NCBI GenBank assembly: GCA_046758365.1
Contig: JBHIAC010000108.1
Span: 1-11,664, forward strand
Length of the DNA: 11,664 nucleotides
Reading direction: 5' to 3'
Source: a bacterium
GTDB lineage: Bacteria > Zhuqueibacterota > Zhuqueibacteria > Oceanimicrobiales > Oceanimicrobiaceae
Shown: in pieces, positions 8,501 through 11,664 of the stretch
Position numbering within the stretch: the first letter of the stretch is position 1
How the letters are laid out: each line of letters begins with the position of its first letter
Program-made: the position numbers and the translations under genes
Notes under the pieces: model-generated
The model's database searches: none
Told to the model about the DNA's origin: nothing
What the model saw: only the letters and a program-made list of their open reading frames with translations

Positions 8501-8583
8501 ATTTCAATCGAATTATTTGCATATCCAGTCTGGTTAAAGACAATTAACATCAGGATTATTAAGGCAAGCCATCGTGAACGCAT
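5503..8583 (-). CDS. Large secreted protein with 8 carboxypeptidase-regulatory-like (Cna-B/prealbumin-like) beta-sandwich repeats and a FlgD-Ig/T9SS-type C-terminal domain, 1026 aa
   Basis: Signal peptide. Eight ~100-aa repeats of pattern GxIxGxV...G.PI.GA.V...TD..G.Y.I..L..G.Y.V.A......(W/Y/F)(Y/F)DNA.....AT.V.V......IDF.L. C-terminal GNYPNPFNPETRISF...WDGRN...SGVYFY...KMTLLK. SD GAGGAGG. No catalytic domain is evident. Confidence 0.9.
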   Translation of the reverse strand: MRSRWLALIILMLIVFNQTGYANNSIEIQQTFKKEQILRSINLLRSLQKQPPLSYKNFIAVPQAVDTKVTADDGGAIAGTLFGIVEDDIRTAVVVAWTADSTTGSTGTGFAVVEPSGAYLIDNLAAGDYYVLAVAEGYIPKFYDNVLNFNEATLVMVTKDAVTEDIDFYMEKMLPGSAGVSGVVLSESDEVPIAHAFVSVFSPDNPFLYGWAETSEDGSYKITGLKSGEYYASCWADGFLTEFFDNAETIEDATLIEVDEPNETSDINFTLTLGGIISGVVINDDGVPIAGAFVQAMTEMQGSDPTSPDSFYFDYWGFALTDEKGEYHIGGLQTGSYFVLAQAWNQWSHISEWYDNAPSPDQATPVLVEAGEETTGIDFQLSLPIVFGEIFGKVTDLEGQPIAGAFVQAQAPFNDPFGRVEVWAYAFTDKQGNYRIENLPNGRYLVSASAQSGWQFVQRWWPDAESPDEAEPVEVDGNTDLQPIDFKLPITTGTAIIAGKVVSINGTPLEYAAIQVSSVDPSTDPARRDVLAYANSDSNGYFQIDTLPAGTYFAHAQYWQNLSFGQQWYDHAESLADATPIHLVDGDIRDDINFELTIRPYYGAVAGSVTDEIKGVPIPRAYVEISPVGYKYYDKAPITFWSYYAITNENGNYQLEWLPEGKYIVSVYANGAFEYFENAVVPEQATPVEVIGGATTAVNFGLTPRNEGTGIISGKVTGEWNKELLEIAVVIARPAIMPLVWPDSEMFFNAVTNPDGTYQISGLPTGEYYVMSFAPGYIGEYYDNVFDPSEATLVKVDGIYPTTGIDFSLMPMLILERELATGPQNGAILFGKVADNNDNALRGATIYLLNDAEQPISFARSNAEGIYELRNVPPGMYRLKASLVGYHSRYNNSANSFSEADPIKVGIGNVEVNFILDSETVTGVKNRSNSTLPKSIELYGNYPNPFNPETRISFGLPSEMRVQLRIFNLLGQEIAQLFDGVLGGGVHHLTWDGRNQFGQSMPSGVYFYQLQANGIRVAVNKMTLLK
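5830..8361 (-). repeat. Array of 8 diverged protein-level repeats within the 1026-aa gene
   Basis: Repeat starts: GAIAGTL, AGVSGVV, GIISGVV, GEIFGKV, AIIAGKV, GAVAGSV, GIISGKV, AILFGKV. Each repeat ends in (I/V)(D/N)F.(L/M). Boundaries are approximate. Confidence 0.85.
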
Positions 8584-8767
8584 TCTTTCCTCCTCTATTT
8601 TTGTGAAGCTTCACGGCTAAAATTGAATTCTTGTTTATTAAGGTCTCTAGCAAAAAGACGCCACAACTTTCATTATTATATCTTTACAGTTAGGAATATC
8701 GGGTCTGATTTTTGTACTCCATTTAGCCGAGAGCCTTTTTTGTGTTAACGATTAATTGTATTTATTC

Positions 8768-9643
8768 TTATTTTAAACCGCCTATATAGAATATTTTATG
8801 TTCAGGACTGCCACCAGGTATAGAAGGAAGCTCAGCTCCAATTATAAAATATCCATGAACTAACTTTCCAGTGTTATTATGCCCATCCCATGTGACTTGA
8901 TATGATTTTGTTTCTCCTGCTTCCAAAACTAATTCCCAAAGAGCCTCTGTGAACACCTTATCGTGTGCCCAGTTCCAAATTACATTTTCATCTGAACCTT
9001 CTTTGTTTATTGTTTGCGCCGCATAAAAATCAAAAATCTGTCCTGTAGAAAACTGGAGGGTCAAGGGATTATCACTGCTATTTGTTATTAAAAGTTTTAA
9101 ATCTACCTTTTCACCAATATTGATTTCATCACGACTCAATTCTAATTTTAAATCGAGACCGCTGTTGGTGATTTTCGATTTCAACTGAAGTATTCCATCA
9201 ATAATTCTTTTGAGATTATCAGGAGCGCCAAAATAATTTGTCTTAACCGTATTTTCCTGATTTTGATAACTAAAAAAAATGGAATAATTGAAGGCATCTT
9301 CAACCTGTTCGTCAAAATACTCGCTTTTTAATTGAAAAAAATTGTTTTCAAGCATGAGATTTGTCAGGCTGTCTAATTCTGACGGTGAAAGCTGAATTAT
9401 CCATTTGGCCCCGGGGTTGAAACTGTCAGCATAAAGGGCAAGACCAAATTCGTCTACTACTAGGCTTTGGCTGACTCCAGCTATCCCGCCGGTAACTTCA
9501 ACAAAAAGCAAGGTATCGGCTAAATCTAAACGATTTCGATTAGATAGTAAGGATTGGTCATCTCCGCTGAGTATGGATGGAAGATCACAGCCCCAAAAGA
9601 ATAAAGCAACTAAATAAGTCATTGCAAACAATATTCGTTTCAT
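8768..9643 (-). CDS. Two-domain lipoprotein: emfourin/DUF6438-like domain plus BsuPI (intracellular proteinase inhibitor)-like domain, 291 aa
   Basis: Lipobox FWG-C19. Residues ~45-155: EVTGGIAG...NNFFQL...DAFNYSI...TV...APDNLKRII. Residues ~163-287: LLITNSSDNPLTLQFSTGQIFDF...VIWNWAHDKVFTEAL...LEAGETKSYQVTWD, matching the BsuPI pattern N....l.F.sGQ.yDf...vW.WS....FtQa....l.pGE.....W. SD AGGTGAG. The CDS is secure; the BsuPI call is stronger than the emfourin call. Confidence 0.8.
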   Translation of the reverse strand: MKRILFAMTYLVALFFWGCDLPSILSGDDQSLLSNRNRLDLADTLLFVEVTGGIAGVSQSLVVDEFGLALYADSFNPGAKWIIQLSPSELDSLTNLMLENNFFQLKSEYFDEQVEDAFNYSIFFSYQNQENTVKTNYFGAPDNLKRIIDGILQLKSKITNSGLDLKLELSRDEINIGEKVDLKLLITNSSDNPLTLQFSTGQIFDFYAAQTINKEGSDENVIWNWAHDKVFTEALWELVLEAGETKSYQVTWDGHNNTGKLVHGYFIIGAELPSIPGGSPEHKIFYIGGLK

Positions 9644-9693
9644 TTCTCACCTATTTTAAAATAATCTTTCAAATGAAATTTTACTTAATGAAA

Positions 9694-9710
9694 TGCAACG
9701 GTTGTGCCAA
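9694..9710 (-). promoter_or_regulatory. Sigma-54 (RpoN) -24/-12 promoter
   Basis: Minus strand TTGGCACAACCGTTGCA matches TGGCAC-N5-TTGC(A/T) with exact GG-N10-GC spacing. It is intergenic, 50 nt upstream of the ATG at 9643 and correctly oriented. Confidence 0.88.
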
Positions 9711-9775
9711 AGTGAAACGTCAGGATTCCATATAACAATGAGGAGAAAATTGAGGTGAAATTTTGAATTTTTGAA

Positions 9776-9819
9776 GGAATTATATCAAAATTCTGAGGAA
9801 TGTATCAAAAATCTGATAC
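9776..9819. promoter_or_regulatory. Tandem upstream activator sequences for a sigma-54 enhancer-binding protein
   Basis: Palindrome GTATCA-aaaatc-TGATAC at 9802-9819 and a degenerate copy ATATCA-aaattc-TGAGGA at 9782-9799. Centres are 20 bp apart, about 107 and 127 bp upstream of the inferred start site (~9683). Confidence 0.7.
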
Positions 9820-9828
9820 GAAAATTGC

Positions 9829-10914
9829 TTAAAGCCGAAGGTCAAAACCCACCGTGAATATCGTTTTTTGATAAAATTGACTCCTAATAACCGACTCATT
9901 ATTATAATATGCAATGCGTATGAGGGCTGTAATATTAGGTCTAATATCTTTAGAAAAGTCTAAAACGAAGAAATTGCTCTCTTCGCGTTCGGTGTCAATG
10001 TCCAGTGGAAAAATAGGGAATGTTTTTTCAGTGTAGTTTTTAGTCTGAATTGCACTAAAACCTCGCAACCATATTCCTCCAGCAAAGGGAAAACCAAAGA
10101 TTACAATAAACTGGTTTTTATTGTAGGAGTAGCCAAAGCTATTGGAATTATTTCGTTGAAAAGTATAAGTAAGATTTAATAAAAAAGATTTCGTATAACC
10201 TAATTGAATGAGGAGCTTATAATTTTTATCCGTTTGATTCACCGCCAATTCTGCCAAAGTATTGTCTTCTGCTGGAATAAAAATTTGGATTGAGCGGTCG
10301 TACTTTACCAGCTTGCTGGATAATTCGAAATTCCAAATAAAACGGGATGCCACTATCTTTGAAATAACCCATCTGAGTTGAATATCTGAATAATCAAAAG
10401 CGGAAAAATTTTGATAATTTAGTCCTCCCGATTTTAAAGCTATTTCACTACCAAAATTCAAAATTGGCGGTAAACGTAAATACACTTCAGCAGAACCCAT
10501 TACATAATCCAAAATATCGTTTAGATAAATCTTCAATCTTCCCGACCCCCTAAATCCTAATGCAAACTTTTGAACTTTAAGATGTGCGGTGGTTTCTATT
10601 TCGTTGATGAGTTTATTTTCAATAGAGTTTTGAAAGTAGGTTTGTAGACCGCCTCGGTAGGTAAACGTAATTCGAGTCTTTGGACTGGTCCTAAAAGCGC
10701 GGGAGTGGAACAAAAATTTTAACGAGGAGTCTTCGATTTTGTGTACAGAGTCGGAAGACGTCTCCCGAATATTGCTGTCGAATTCGTAGCTAGTCTGCAG
10801 TCGATTTTTTACTCGCCATTTCGCTCTTTGCTGAGCAATTGAATTCTCATGGCTGCACAAGCTTATAATCAGTAGAAGAGATAATATCCAGCGCCTTTTC
10901 CGATAATTATTCAC
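9829..10914 (-). CDS. Outer-membrane beta-barrel protein of unknown function, 361 aa
   Basis: GTG start 9 nt after the upstream stop. Signal peptide ending SIA-Q. First strand TSYEFDSNI, many amphipathic strands (LNLTYTFQRNNSN, IRIAYYNNES), and C-terminal strand FTVGFDLRL. Confidence 0.78.
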   Translation of the reverse strand: MNNYRKRRWILSLLLIISLCSHENSIAQQRAKWRVKNRLQTSYEFDSNIRETSSDSVHKIEDSSLKFLFHSRAFRTSPKTRITFTYRGGLQTYFQNSIENKLINEIETTAHLKVQKFALGFRGSGRLKIYLNDILDYVMGSAEVYLRLPPILNFGSEIALKSGGLNYQNFSAFDYSDIQLRWVISKIVASRFIWNFELSSKLVKYDRSIQIFIPAEDNTLAELAVNQTDKNYKLLIQLGYTKSFLLNLTYTFQRNNSNSFGYSYNKNQFIVIFGFPFAGGIWLRGFSAIQTKNYTEKTFPIFPLDIDTEREESNFFVLDFSKDIRPNITALIRIAYYNNESVIRSQFYQKTIFTVGFDLRL

Positions 10915-10923
10915 TAGTTAAAA

Positions 10924-11664
10924 TTATTGTTTTTTCATTTCTTGTGCTGCCTGATAAAATGCCTCCGCCTGTTTAGCAAGGCTGTCTGCCTGAGCTTGAA
11001 TACGCTGTCGTCGCTTCTTCAAATTCTCGATAACTTCTTCCAGTTGCTCGGTTGAGAGATTGGAAAAATCAAAATCTTTTTGACCAACGTAAAGATTCTC
11101 TTCGATAAATTCCCTATTCTCTTTATAATCTTCGGTTGGGCCGCCTTCCTCACCAGCGGTGAGTGCCTTTGTATTTAGTGTGCTAACATTTCCCAAAGCC
11201 TCTTCTTGCTGGTCAAAGAGAGCTAAATCAGTTACCAAATCACCAATACGATTTTGGATTTCTAGTTCCCGATGTAATTCTTCGGTTTGTCTGTTGATCT
11301 GCTGCGCGAATCGCAGAAGCTTATCTTCTTGGTCTTTCAGTAAATCTGCTTTTTGTTCAATTTGTTTAGGGGTGTCGTCTGGGTCTATTTGAAGTTTTGA
11401 TATTTTAAATTCTTTTAGATTTAATGGCCTTATTTTGCTTTTAACTTGTTCTATTTTAGAACGCAGAAGTTCAATTTTTTGAAATAATGCTGGACGTAAC
11501 TCTGATAAGATTTTCTTATTTTCTAATTTATTTAAACTTTTCTTTATTTCAGAATCGTAAATGCTGATCAATCTATTTCCAGTTTTCCTGTACAATTTAT
11601 CTAAAGTGTGAAGCTCCGAATCAATAGCTTCAATTTGGTTGGACAGGTCCTGGGAATCCTTAAG
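10924..11664 (-). CDS. Alpha-helical coiled-coil protein; 5' end lies beyond the right edge
   Basis: The frame stays open for 23 codons upstream of the tracked TTG at 11595 (LKDSQDLSNQIEAIDSELHTLDK), so the true start is outside the window. The sequence has E/K/Q/L-rich heptads and a motif-like DPDDTPKQIEQKADLLKDQEDKL segment. Confidence 0.8.
   Translation of the reverse strand, partial: LKDSQDLSNQIEAIDSELHTLDKLYRKTGNRLISIYDSEIKKSLNKLENKKILSELRPALFQKIELLRSKIEQVKSKIRPLNLKEFKISKLQIDPDDTPKQIEQKADLLKDQEDKLLRFAQQINRQTEELHRELEIQNRIGDLVTDLALFDQQEEALGNVSTLNTKALTAGEEGGPTEDYKENREFIEENLYVGQKDFDFSNLSTEQLEEVIENLKKRRQRIQAQADSLAKQAEAFYQAAQEMKKQ

Noticed and set aside
5503..8583. Visibly higher GC in the 1026-aa gene as a sign of horizontal transfer
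   Set aside because: It is plausibly explained by Gly/Ala/Pro-rich composition. No mobility genes or flanking repeats are seen, and GC3 was not computed.
8725..8741. Possible terminator (GC-rich patch next to a T run) after the 291-aa gene
   Set aside because: At most a 3-bp stem can form, and the T run is on the wrong strand for these genes.
9776..9816. Tandem ~20-bp repeat as a CRISPR remnant or mobile-element end
   Set aside because: There are only two adjacent copies, no spacers and no cas or transposase gene. Position and dyad symmetry fit activator sites better.
11593..11595. TTG start assigned by the ORF track to the 223-aa protein
   Set aside because: The frame is open to the window edge and there is no SD, so the gene is 5'-truncated.

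Overview
AT-rich bacterial DNA with nine protein-coding genes, all on the minus strand, two of them cut by the window edges. The eight genes whose N-terminus is visible all look exported: four lipoproteins, two outer-membrane beta-barrels and two proteins with an 'NYPNPFNP' C-terminal FlgD-Ig/T9SS-type sorting domain. That domain style suggests an FCB-group diderm such as KSB1 or Calditrichota (inference). In transcription order: a partial coiled-coil protein, a 361-aa barrel, a sigma-54 promoter with tandem upstream activator sites, a lipoprotein that appears to fuse an emfourin-like domain to a BsuPI-like domain, a 1026-aa protein with 8 beta-sandwich repeats, an intrinsic terminator, a small barrel, an unknown lipoprotein, lipoprotein serpin A, a secreted VIT-vWA (inter-alpha-trypsin inhibitor heavy chain-like) protein, and a second lipoprotein serpin B that the ORF track missed. 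The main observation is a cluster of several unrelated protease-inhibitor folds, all exported, which may be a cell-surface anti-protease island. All domain calls come from motif recognition by eye, not database searches.
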